DNA of 64,000 nucleotides from Alphaproteobacteria bacterium (GTDB lineage: Bacteria; Pseudomonadota; Alphaproteobacteria; GCA-2731375). Under the pieces are notes generated by a model. The model was not told where the DNA came from. It saw only the letters and a program-made list of their open reading frames with translations, and made no database searches. The stretch is from contig CBDDPY010000002.1 of assembly GCA_965232515.1 (NCBI GenBank), positions 6,848,001 to 6,912,000 on the forward strand, given 5' to 3'. Shown piece by piece: positions 52,764 to 61,794 of this stretch. How positions within the stretch are numbered: position 1 is the first letter of the stretch; every line of letters starts with the position of its first letter. Position numbers and translations under genes: made by a program.

Positions 52764-54047
52764 CTACTCGCGCAAGAGCGCTTCCGTCGTGCTCACCAAT
52801 TTATTGAGACCTGCTTCGGGTGTTGTGTCACCACGGATGATTGACGCCAGGATCGCCTGTTGCTCACGCCAGATCTTGGCGCCCTTGTTTCCGGGATAGC
52901 CGAACCAGGCCTTGGCGACGGGCCACTGCTTCATGCTGGTGGTCCAGTCCGGATTGTCGACATAGTGACTGCCCAGGTAGTCCGGTCCCGCCGTCTGCAG
53001 ATTGGTTGGCATATAGCCGGAGCCCAGCACGGCAATCTTCTGGCCTTCCGGGCCGGTGGCGAATTTCACGAACTCCCAGGCGGCCTTCTTCTTGGCGTCG
53101 TCCTTGGAAAGGATGACCGCCACATTGCCGCCTGTCGGTACACCGCCTTTTGCCTGATCCGCGATGGGGTAGCCGCCGGTTTTCCAGGCAAACTTGCCAC
53201 CGACCAATTCGCCCATAACCCGCACCTCTGCGGTCGAACCGATGAAGATTCCCAGCTTGCCGGCAGCGAACTGCTGAACCGTCTGGTCTTCCGTCAACAG
53301 CGGCATACCGGTCTCCCGGGCAATGCGTGAGATCAGTTTCACCGCTCGCATGCCAGCGTCATCACCGAAGGTCACGGCGGTCTTTTCAGCGTCCATCAGC
53401 TTGCCGCCGAAGTTGAAGACAAGGGCCTGCCACAGCCAGTCGTCGCCCCATTCCGAGACGGAATAGGCGAGCCCGTCGACGCCGTCACTGAGCTGCGAAA
53501 CCTTGGCGCCCAGGGCAATCAGTTCATCCCAGTTCTCGGGTAAGCTGTTCGGGTCACCGCCAGCCTGCTCGATTAAACTCAGGTTGTAGTAAACGATCGG
53601 CGTTGATGCGTTGAAGGGAATTCCCCACTGGTGACCATCAACTTGTCCAAGCGCCAAGACGTTCGGCGCGTAGTTGGCCTTCACCCAGGCATCTCCTTCC
53701 GCCTTCATTTTCGGTGTGAGGTCCGAGATCTGGCCGCGCTGCTCAAGCGCATTGACCAGTTCTCCAAGGGTGTTGTAGGGCGAGTACCAGACATCCGGCA
53801 GGTCGTCGGAAAGAGCCTGTCTGAGGATGGCTTGATGCCCATCCGTATAGCTCTTCATCGGCGCCCGGTACTTGATTTCAATACCGGGATGCTGCTTCAT
53901 GAAGGCGTCCGCGATCGGTTCGTGGAAGCGCTTGTGCCCGCCCCAGGCGTGCACGACTTCAAGGGTTACGGTCTCGGCCAGCGCCGGGCCCGTGGTCGCC
54001 AGGGCCGCGAGAGCCGCCCCCGCTGCGAGGTTCAGAAGCTTTGCCAT
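52764..54047 (-). CDS. ABC transporter substrate-binding protein (UgpB-like, CUT1)
   Basis: Signal peptide; GIPFNASTPIVYYN, P..WDE, AAWEFVKF, GYMP. Confidence 0.92.
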   Translation of the reverse strand: MAKLLNLAAGAALAALATTGPALAETVTLEVVHAWGGHKRFHEPIADAFMKQHPGIEIKYRAPMKSYTDGHQAILRQALSDDLPDVWYSPYNTLGELVNALEQRGQISDLTPKMKAEGDAWVKANYAPNVLALGQVDGHQWGIPFNASTPIVYYNLSLIEQAGGDPNSLPENWDELIALGAKVSQLSDGVDGLAYSVSEWGDDWLWQALVFNFGGKLMDAEKTAVTFGDDAGMRAVKLISRIARETGMPLLTEDQTVQQFAAGKLGIFIGSTAEVRVMGELVGGKFAWKTGGYPIADQAKGGVPTGGNVAVILSKDDAKKKAAWEFVKFATGPEGQKIAVLGSGYMPTNLQTAGPDYLGSHYVDNPDWTTSMKQWPVAKAWFGYPGNKGAKIWREQQAILASIIRGDTTPEAGLNKLVSTTEALLRE

Positions 54048-54165
54048 TCTGTTCTCTCCATCACTTTGGCCGGTGAGGTGGGGACAGTTCCCCGGTTCCT
54101 GGCGATCGACCCGTTTGCCGCGGGCCGGAGGGATGCCAGAAATCTTGATTGCCTTGAGGCAGACA

Positions 54166-55047
54166 TCACTTGAACCCGCTCATGGTGATGCCGCGAACGA
54201 ACTGACGCTGTGCCAGGACGAAAAGGATCAGGAGCGGTAATGTGATGATCGTCGCGCCGGCGGCCAGACCGCCGAAATCGGCACTGAGCTCGCTGTCCTT
54301 GAACAGCAGCATGCCGAGCGGCGGGGTCGCGCGCTCCATCGAGTTGACAGCGATCAAGGGCCAGTAGAGATCGTTCCAATGGGCCGTGACTGAAAAGACA
54401 CTGAAGGCGGCAATCGCCGGACGCGCACTGGGCAGGATCAGTCTTAGGACGATCTCCACTTCTGTCATGCCGTCCAGGCGAGCCGCCTGCAGCACCTCGT
54501 TGGGGTAGCCTTTGAAGAACTGCCGGAACAGAAAGATGGCGAAGACGGAGAGGAAGAAGGGCACCATCAGCGCGAAGTAGGTATCGAGCAGGCGGAGTTC
54601 TGCCAGAACCAGGTAGAGCGGCAGCGCCGGGACCTGGATCGGCACGCAGAGGCCGAGCACGATGAGCGCGAAGAGCAGGCCTCTTCCCCGGAACTCCAGC
54701 TTGGCGAGGGCATAGCCCGCAAAAAGAGCGCCTGCGACCTGAACAATCAAGATGCCGGAGACGACGATGACGCCGTTCAGCATGAAGCGGAGCATCGGCA
54801 CGCTGAACAGCGCCTTCCCATAGTTCTCGGCAATGGCGAGACGGTCGGGGATCAGGTCGAGTGGCTCGCCAAAGATCTGGTCCGCGGGTTTGATGGAGGT
54901 GGCGAGCATCCAGACGAAGGGAGCGACCACCAGAAGGGCAAGAACGATCAGCAGGCCGTGTTCGGCCAGCAGAGCGCTGATTGCGAAGGCGCCGCGCCTC
55001 TTTTGACCGGCGGCGGGGCTGCTGTCCCGGAATTGTGCCATTGCCAT
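54166..55047 (-). CDS. Carbohydrate ABC permease (UgpE-like)
   Basis: PF.WM..TS.K, AARLDG, WNDLYWPL, QRQFVRG. Confidence 0.93.
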   Translation of the reverse strand: MAMAQFRDSSPAAGQKRRGAFAISALLAEHGLLIVLALLVVAPFVWMLATSIKPADQIFGEPLDLIPDRLAIAENYGKALFSVPMLRFMLNGVIVVSGILIVQVAGALFAGYALAKLEFRGRGLLFALIVLGLCVPIQVPALPLYLVLAELRLLDTYFALMVPFFLSVFAIFLFRQFFKGYPNEVLQAARLDGMTEVEIVLRLILPSARPAIAAFSVFSVTAHWNDLYWPLIAVNSMERATPPLGMLLFKDSELSADFGGLAAGATIITLPLLILFVLAQRQFVRGITMSGFK

Positions 55048-55050
55048 GGG

Positions 55051-56001
55051 TCAGCCCCCGTAGTGGATCCGGCGATCGGCGATGGCGATCTGGATCAGGG
55101 AAAATGCGAGGACGAAAACCAGGAAGATCGTAATCAGGGCAGAGGCATATCCGATCTCGAAGTACTGGAAGCCTTCGAGGTAGACCGCGTAAAGCAGGAC
55201 CTCCGTCGACTTCATCGGCCCACCTTGGGTGAGGACGGCCACGGTGTCGAAGACCTGGAAGGCGGTGATGGAGGTCGTGATCACCACAAAGAGAGTCGTC
55301 GGGGCCAACAACGGTAAGGTGATGCGCCAGAAGCGGTCGAAGCCGGAATCGGCGCCATCCAGAGACGCAGCCTCATAGATCTCCTGCGGGATCGCCGTCA
55401 GTCCCGCCAGAAACAGCACCATCGCAAAGCCGACCAACTGCCAGACACCGATCGCCGCTATGGAATAGAGCGCGATTTCCGGGTCGGTCAGGAAGTCGAT
55501 GCGATCGATGCCCAGTCCCGACAAGATTGCATTGATCGGCCCGATACGCCCGTGCAGCAGGTACTGCCAGACCACCGCCATCGCCACCATGGTGCTGGTG
55601 ACCGGTAGAAAAAACACGATCTCATAGAAGCGCCGGCTCCGGCCCCTGCGGTGCACAAGCATGGCGATGGACAAACCGAGACCGACTGATACCGGCATGA
55701 CAATGCCGACATAGATCAGCGTATTGACCAGGGCGCGCCGAGCGCCACCATCGCCGAAGATCTTGGCGTAGTTATCGAGGCCGACGAAGGAAAGCCCCGT
55801 CGCGGCGAGAGTGTAGTCTGTCAGACTGAAGACGATAACGGCTGCCAGAGGTGCCAAGATCAGACAGATCAAAAGACAACAGGTCGGTGCCACGAAGGCA
55901 TAGCCAGCCAGTCGCAAGCTGCGTGCATGACGCCCGTTCCGAACCGATCGGATGGCCGCCATCGGCTTCACGCTCATGCCTTGGCCTATGACCCCCATCA
56001 C
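55051..56001 (-). CDS. Carbohydrate ABC permease (UgpA-like)
   Basis: FVGLDNY, IPQEIYEAASLDGA, FQVFD...LTQGGP; start uncertain. Confidence 0.93.
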   Translation of the reverse strand: MMGVIGQGMSVKPMAAIRSVRNGRHARSLRLAGYAFVAPTCCLLICLILAPLAAVIVFSLTDYTLAATGLSFVGLDNYAKIFGDGGARRALVNTLIYVGIVMPVSVGLGLSIAMLVHRRGRSRRFYEIVFFLPVTSTMVAMAVVWQYLLHGRIGPINAILSGLGIDRIDFLTDPEIALYSIAAIGVWQLVGFAMVLFLAGLTAIPQEIYEAASLDGADSGFDRFWRITLPLLAPTTLFVVITTSITAFQVFDTVAVLTQGGPMKSTEVLLYAVYLEGFQYFEIGYASALITIFLVFVLAFSLIQIAIADRRIHYGG

Positions 56002-57194
56002 CTGCCTCCACCGATCGCCAGAGGAAGGGCCGTGGTCGTTGCTGGCTGGACACGCTCGCCTCTACTGTCGAAAAACCGCAGGCGTGCCGTTGGGAACACA
56101 ACAGTGAGCCCGGCCTCGTTGATTTGAGGCAACCGTTCGCGCAGGGATGCATCGCCGCGGACCAGAACGGTTTGCGGCGGAGTGGTCTCGAGCATCAGAT
56201 GCAGCACGAACTCCGCGCCGTGGTCCTCCAGCTTGATCAGCCGTGCGCCGAAACTGCAGCTGTTTGAGGGCGCCGAGTGTTCGAAAGCCAGGACCAGATC
56301 TTCCGGGCGGATGGCAACATTCACCAGAGCCCCGGCCGTCGACGGGAGCTGTACCGGCAAAGCTCTGCCAAACAGAGTTGGAGTGCCATCCGCCTGGAGC
56401 GACGCTTCGTAGACGTTGATGGGGTGAGTGCCGATGAAGCGGGCGACCCGCAGATCGACAGGCTGCGCATAGATCTCGGAGGGGGTGCCGACCTGGAGCA
56501 AGGCGCCGTCCATCATGACTGCGACCCGCTGGGACATGGTCATGGCTTCGACCTGGTCGTGGGTCACGTAGATGAAGGTGATGCCGAGTTTGTTGTGCAA
56601 ATCGGTGAGTTCGTTGCGCATCTGCGTGCGCAGGCGGGCATCCAGGTTCGACAGCGGCTCGTCCATCAGGAAGACCGACGGTTCCGCCACCAACGCGCGA
56701 CCGAGCGCGACCCGTTGGCGCTGACCGCCGGAAAGCTGACCTGGGCGGCGGGTAAGCAGATCCTCAAGCTCAAGAAGGGTCGCGGTATCACGCACCTTGC
56801 GCGCAATCTCCCGGTGTCCGGCCACGGAGCCCGGCATCAGACGCCCAAGACCTGGAAAGCGCTGGCCGAAAGACAGTCGGCGCATGATGAGCGGCATGGC
56901 GATGTTGTCGAACACGCTCATATGCGGGTAGAGCGCGTAGCTCTGGAACACCATGGAGAGACCGCGTTCCTTCGGACGCAACCCGTCGATCGCGCGTCCA
57001 TCAATCTCGATCGTCCCGGAAGACTGGGTCTCGAAGCCGGCGATGAGCCGCAGCAGCGTCGATTTCCCACAACCCGATGGTCCCAGCAATGTCAGGAACT
57101 CACCGGCTTCCACGTCGAGCTCCACCGCCTTCAGGACCGGAGTCGAACCGAAAGCCTTAACCACCTTCCTGAGTGATACCGCTGCTCCAGCCAT
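55998..57194 (-). CDS. Carbohydrate ABC ATP-binding protein (UgpC/MalK-like)
   Basis: [41 protein letters not shown]. Confidence 0.95.
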   Translation of the reverse strand: MAGAAVSLRKVVKAFGSTPVLKAVELDVEAGEFLTLLGPSGCGKSTLLRLIAGFETQSSGTIEIDGRAIDGLRPKERGLSMVFQSYALYPHMSVFDNIAMPLIMRRLSFGQRFPGLGRLMPGSVAGHREIARKVRDTATLLELEDLLTRRPGQLSGGQRQRVALGRALVAEPSVFLMDEPLSNLDARLRTQMRNELTDLHNKLGITFIYVTHDQVEAMTMSQRVAVMMDGALLQVGTPSEIYAQPVDLRVARFIGTHPINVYEASLQADGTPTLFGRALPVQLPSTAGALVNVAIRPEDLVLAFEHSAPSNSCSFGARLIKLEDHGAEFVLHLMLETTPPQTVLVRGDASLRERLPQINEAGLTVVFPTARLRFFDSRGERVQPATTTALPLAIGGGR

Positions 57195-57305
57195 AGGGTT
57201 GTCCGCTGCCTCCCTTTTGTATCATTGTTAGCGGAGAATGATTTCAGAAATATGTCATGCAGCGGAGATTTTCTCCAGAACTTTCTCTGCCAGCATATCG
57301 TGGCG

Positions 57306-58151
57306 CTAAGCGGAGGCGGTCGGGGCGATGCTGTGAGAGTTGATCGCCTGCGCGAGGATCTCGGCAACAAGTACGACGCGGGTCACAACGGTCGTGGCAC
57401 CGCCTGTTGAGGGGGGATTGCCATAAGCCATGCGAAGCATGTCGTCAGAAAACTTCGCCAGGGTGCTCCGGGGTCGGCAGCCGATGGCGATGGTGTGGGC
57501 TCCGCTAGAGCGGGCACAGCGGAGGAACTCTACAGTGTCCGGTGTGACGCCTGACTCGGAAATTGCGATGGCCGTGCAACCGACGGTCAACCCATTCGCG
57601 ACTTCGTGCGCCAGGTTCGGATCACGGAAACTCTGCGCATTGAGGCCCAGGCGCAGGAGCCGATAGGCAACGATTTCCCCGGCGATCCCGGAAACACCCG
57701 AACCGTAAATGTCGATGCGACGCGAGTCGACAAGGCGTGCGGCGATTCTGTCGACCAAGGTGAGGTCGATGAGGGCGGCGGTGTCCTCAAGCGATGCGCT
57801 TAGCCCGCCTACGAGTTCCCTGACCGCTGCCAGTCCGTCTGAGGCGCTAGGGTCCGCCGTCGGGCGTCGCGCCAACTCTGCGGCCAGAGCTAATTTGAAT
57901 TCGCTGAAACCTTTGAAGCCGAGTTCCTGGCATAGCCGGACAACGCTGGCCTGACCGCTCTTGGCGTATTGGGTCAGATCCACAAGGGACTGGTACACCA
58001 CTTTCTCAGGATTCTCGATGATGTACTTGGCGATCCTGGCAAGCGCGTCCGGCAGTTCATCCAGATGTGCCTGCAGTTCTGCGCGTATGTTCGGACCCGG
58101 AGTCCGATCGTTGCGGTCTGGTGGCCGATTGCTCCTAGTTGCCTGCGCCAC
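57306..58151 (-). CDS. RpiR/MurR family transcriptional regulator
   Basis: SVVRLCQELGFKGFSEFK HTH plus SIS domain (IYGSGVSG, ISESG); GAGGAG before GTG 58151. Confidence 0.92.
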   Translation of the reverse strand: MAQATRSNRPPDRNDRTPGPNIRAELQAHLDELPDALARIAKYIIENPEKVVYQSLVDLTQYAKSGQASVVRLCQELGFKGFSEFKLALAAELARRPTADPSASDGLAAVRELVGGLSASLEDTAALIDLTLVDRIAARLVDSRRIDIYGSGVSGIAGEIVAYRLLRLGLNAQSFRDPNLAHEVANGLTVGCTAIAISESGVTPDTVEFLRCARSSGAHTIAIGCRPRSTLAKFSDDMLRMAYGNPPSTGGATTVVTRVVLVAEILAQAINSHSIAPTASA

Positions 58152-58507
58152 TCCGATTCTCCTCAAATTTTCAGATACATGACAATGGCTAAGCCGGAAG
58201 GGTCTGGCTCGTCGCTGCCGACTATAGACCGCCGTCCCGGATTTGCAGTCCATGACCCGGCAAATCCACTGAGAATTTCTCCATAAGGAATGCCAAGGCT
58301 CATCCGCTGTTGCCTCATGGATGTGCCAGTCTGGCACCCTTGTGCGACTCTATCAGAGAATATCTTTACAACACGATAAAAATATGGAATTCTCCAGATG
58401 GCCATCGAACCAATTGTGTTCTGTGGCGGCGCCGGCGGCGCCGGATGTGTCAGTACCCAAAGTTGGAGCTGACAAGGTCAAGACCGACGAGGTTGGAACG
58501 AAGCGTC

Positions 58508-59479
58508 ATGCCTTTCGTTGTTGGCATCGATATCGGGGGCGGTAGCGCCAAGCTGGGGATCGTTGATGCTAGAGGTGTTGTCATGGTTCGCGGCGAGATG
58601 CCGACGCCGGCGGTGAATACCTCCGCTGAACTTGCCATGGCCTACGCTTCGGGAATCGATGGCATTCTGAAGAGATCCGATGCTGGCGCGCCAGCGGGTA
58701 TCGGTGTCGGCCTGCCGGGTCATTTGGATGCAGATGGCCTGACCTCCACCTATAGTAACGTTCCTCTGCTCGACAATTTTCCATTCGCAGAGTTCCTAAC
58801 GGACCGGTTCGGGTTACCGGTTCGCCTTGACAACGACGCTACGCTGGCTGCGATGGCTGAGTATCGCTTCGGCGCAGGCCGAGGGGCGAAGCGGCTTTTG
58901 GTTGTTACGCTTGGAACAGGTATCGGCTTGGGTCTGGTTGCCGATGGCGAACCACAGCGTCTGGTTCGGGGCTGCATGGGAGACCCGGGCCATATCATCG
59001 TCGATCCCGACGCGCGCTGGACTTGCCGTCAGGGTTGTCGGGGCTGCCTCGAATCCGTGGCATCGAGTCTGGCGTTGGAGCGTGACGCCACCGCTTTGGC
59101 AGTATGGCGGCCGGATGGCCAGTTGGGCACGATTCTGGTGCGCGAAGGCTGTTTGCGAACAGCCCATATTATTGAAGCGGCGCATAGCGGGGTCGCCGAT
59201 GCTCGCCATCTGCTCGAGAAACTTGGAGCTTGGCTGGGCATGGCTGCCGCCTCTTGGTGCGCGCTTTACGATCCGGATCTGATCCTTTTTGGGGGCGGCC
59301 TCAGTTCGGCCGGTCGCGCGCTTCTTTCAGCGACCCACAGAACCATGAAAAAAATGGGAATGCCGGAATACGTAAGCGGGCGAAAAATCGGACTGGCAAA
59401 GCTGAACAACGATGCCGGCCTTGTCGGCGCGGCCAGTCTCTTTGCCGATTGTTGGGAGAACGGAGTGAATGACCGGTAG
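58508..59479 (+). CDS. ROK family sugar kinase
   Basis: GIDIGG, GVGLPG, NDA, TLGTGIG, GH...C..G..GCLE, GGG, AGLVGAA. Confidence 0.9.
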   Translation: MPFVVGIDIGGGSAKLGIVDARGVVMVRGEMPTPAVNTSAELAMAYASGIDGILKRSDAGAPAGIGVGLPGHLDADGLTSTYSNVPLLDNFPFAEFLTDRFGLPVRLDNDATLAAMAEYRFGAGRGAKRLLVVTLGTGIGLGLVADGEPQRLVRGCMGDPGHIIVDPDARWTCRQGCRGCLESVASSLALERDATALAVWRPDGQLGTILVREGCLRTAHIIEAAHSGVADARHLLEKLGAWLGMAAASWCALYDPDLILFGGGLSSAGRALLSATHRTMKKMGMPEYVSGRKIGLAKLNNDAGLVGAASLFADCWENGVNDR

Positions 59480-60527
59480 TTACCTTGATGAGATTTACGA
59501 GCAGCCAGAGGCGCTGCGTCGATGCAGCGATGAGTTCCGAGAAGGGCAAGGGGATGCGCTGATGCGGATTCGGCAGGGGGTCGAATCTCGAGAGTTCGAC
59601 AGGATTGTTCTGACAGGCATGGGGGCTTCGCTGCATAGCTGCTACCCGCTTTATCTGAAATTGAGCAGGACCTGCTCGATACCTGTCGTCCAGTGGGACG
59701 CCTCGGAGCTCGCACACTTCGCGCCGCAGATATTGAGCGAACGGACGCTCACTATCGCTGTCTCACAGTCAGGAGAGAGCGCGGAACTTCGTCGCATCAC
59801 CGAACGGACGGAACGCGGAGGTCTTGTCGTCTCGATCACGAACGAGGAGGACAACACTCTGGCCCGCTGGGCGGATGTTCCCCTTTTTACCCGCGCAGGT
59901 GCGGAAGCTTCTGTGTCGAACAAGACCTACACGGCAGGTCTGGCCGCCCTCCATTGCTTGGGCGCGGTCATTCTGGGAGAGGATCTCGAATCGGCAAGGG
60001 AGGAGGTCGATCAAACCGCTGCCCAACTCGCGGCGTCGCTGCAGACTCTGAACGGACATATGTTGCGCTTGGGGAATCACCTTGGTTCCGTCGATTTCTT
60101 GGCCTTTGTCGGCCGGGGGGCGAGCTTCGGCAGTGCGAAAGCCGGCAGCCTGATCACACAGGAAGCCAGTAAGCTGCCTTGCGCTGCGTTCTCCGGTGGC
60201 GGCTTTCGTCACGGCCCCTTGGAACTGGCTCGGCCAGGATTCGCAGCGGTGATCTTCGCCGGTCAGGATGAAACGAGCCGCCTGAATCGGCAGCTCGCCA
60301 AGGAGATCTGCCTGGCCGGTGGGCAGGTGGCATTTATTTCGCCTGACGCTGCAGACGGTGCCTCCGTTGAACGCTTGTCCTTCATCTCGATTCCAAAAGC
60401 TGCCTCCGCTTTGCTGCCGATTCTGGAAATCGTACCGGTACAGCTTCTGACCATTCCGTTGGCCCAGGCGAAAGGCTACGAGCCGGCAGTGTTCGAGCGG
60501 GCGAGCAAGGTTACAGCCGTCGAATAG
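59469..60527 (+). CDS. Double-SIS-domain sugar-phosphate isomerase/deaminase (GlmS C-terminal/NagB-II/FrlB-like)
   Basis: EIYEQP, GMGAS, VSQSGES, GAE.SV..KTY, VGRG, RHGP, SKVT; no glutaminase domain. Confidence 0.9.
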   Translation: MTGSYLDEIYEQPEALRRCSDEFREGQGDALMRIRQGVESREFDRIVLTGMGASLHSCYPLYLKLSRTCSIPVVQWDASELAHFAPQILSERTLTIAVSQSGESAELRRITERTERGGLVVSITNEEDNTLARWADVPLFTRAGAEASVSNKTYTAGLAALHCLGAVILGEDLESAREEVDQTAAQLAASLQTLNGHMLRLGNHLGSVDFLAFVGRGASFGSAKAGSLITQEASKLPCAAFSGGGFRHGPLELARPGFAAVIFAGQDETSRLNRQLAKEICLAGGQVAFISPDAADGASVERLSFISIPKAASALLPILEIVPVQLLTIPLAQAKGYEPAVFERASKVTAVE

Positions 60528-60621
60528 CAGATCCTCGCTCCAACGCCTGACTGGAATCATGGCGTGGCGGGCAACTCTCGTAATCAGACTCTGAGACAGT
60601 CAGGTAGAAGGAGAATCACAC

Positions 60622-61698
60622 ATGAGAAGCGACCAGCCGGGAAGCCTGTTTCCGACAGTGTTTGGGCGAAACCTGCTTGGTGAAATTCCCAACTTTGCAC
60701 CCTGGCCTTACCTGGTTGTGACCATGGAGGACTTGTGGGGCAAGTTCAAACATCACTTCGACGAGAACATGGCCGACGTGTTCTTTGTGAGAACGTTGGA
60801 GTATGAGACGCTGATGGCGCAGCTCAAAGGACTTCCAAAGTTCAACTCCGTCATCGGTTTGGGTGGCGGACAAGCGGTTGATGTTGCAAAACTCATCGCC
60901 TGGAATCAGAAACTGCCGCTCTGGCATGTTCCGACATCGCTCAGCGTCAATGCGCCGTTCGCGCAGCGCGCGGCGCTTCGATTCGGCGGCAACGTGCGCT
61001 ACATGGCTTGGGCCGTTCCCGAAGCCGTCTATGTAGATTTCGACATCATTCAGGATGCGCCGGCATTTCTCAATCGCAGCGGTGTCGGCGACATATTCTG
61101 CTACCACACAGCACATTTCGATTGGAGGTTTGCGCAGGATGCCGGCAAATGCGAGCCGAAGTGGCCCTATGACGACCGCATGGTCGCCGATGCCAGTGCA
61201 GTCCTCGATTCCGTGATGGCGAACCTCGAAGATATTCGCGATGTTAACGAGAACGGCATCCGCGTCTTGACGAAGGCGATACAATGGGGTGGAGCTGCGT
61301 TCCACAACTACGGCTGGAATCCCAGACACATCGAGGGCGGCGAACACTTCCTCTTCTACACATTGGAGTATCTGACGCGAAAGCCGTTTATCCATGGACA
61401 GCCCGTATCGCTGGGCGTCTTCATCGTTTCAGCGCTGCAGGACAACAAAGCCGAGGAAATGCTGGAAGCCATCCACAGTGTTGGCGTGGACATCCGGCCT
61501 GAGGCCATGGGCGTCACCTGGGATGACGTTGCGGAGGCTATGCGCCGCATGCAGTCTTACGCTACAGAGCAGGGCCTCTGGTACTCGGTGGTTCACAAGA
61601 AGCCGGTAACCGACACCTTCATTGCCGATGTGCGCGACCGGATCACTGAGATTTATGGCCCGTGGAACGAGCCAAGAGTACTTGCAGCAAGTAGGTGA
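60622..61698 (+). CDS. Glycerol-1-phosphate dehydrogenase-like protein (DHQ synthase/Fe-ADH superfamily)
   Basis: GLGGGQAVDVAK, VPTSLS, SGVGD, DW, GGEH, HG..V. Confidence 0.75.
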   Translation: MRSDQPGSLFPTVFGRNLLGEIPNFAPWPYLVVTMEDLWGKFKHHFDENMADVFFVRTLEYETLMAQLKGLPKFNSVIGLGGGQAVDVAKLIAWNQKLPLWHVPTSLSVNAPFAQRAALRFGGNVRYMAWAVPEAVYVDFDIIQDAPAFLNRSGVGDIFCYHTAHFDWRFAQDAGKCEPKWPYDDRMVADASAVLDSVMANLEDIRDVNENGIRVLTKAIQWGGAAFHNYGWNPRHIEGGEHFLFYTLEYLTRKPFIHGQPVSLGVFIVSALQDNKAEEMLEAIHSVGVDIRPEAMGVTWDDVAEAMRRMQSYATEQGLWYSVVHKKPVTDTFIADVRDRITEIYGPWNEPRVLAASR

Positions 61699-61794
61699 TC
61701 TGTGTCGGCTGCGACGGGCCATAGAGATCACCCCGCACAACTCGATGCTTGTCTCGCGACTGGCGCACGTTGAGCCGGCGGAAATCGGCGGATT

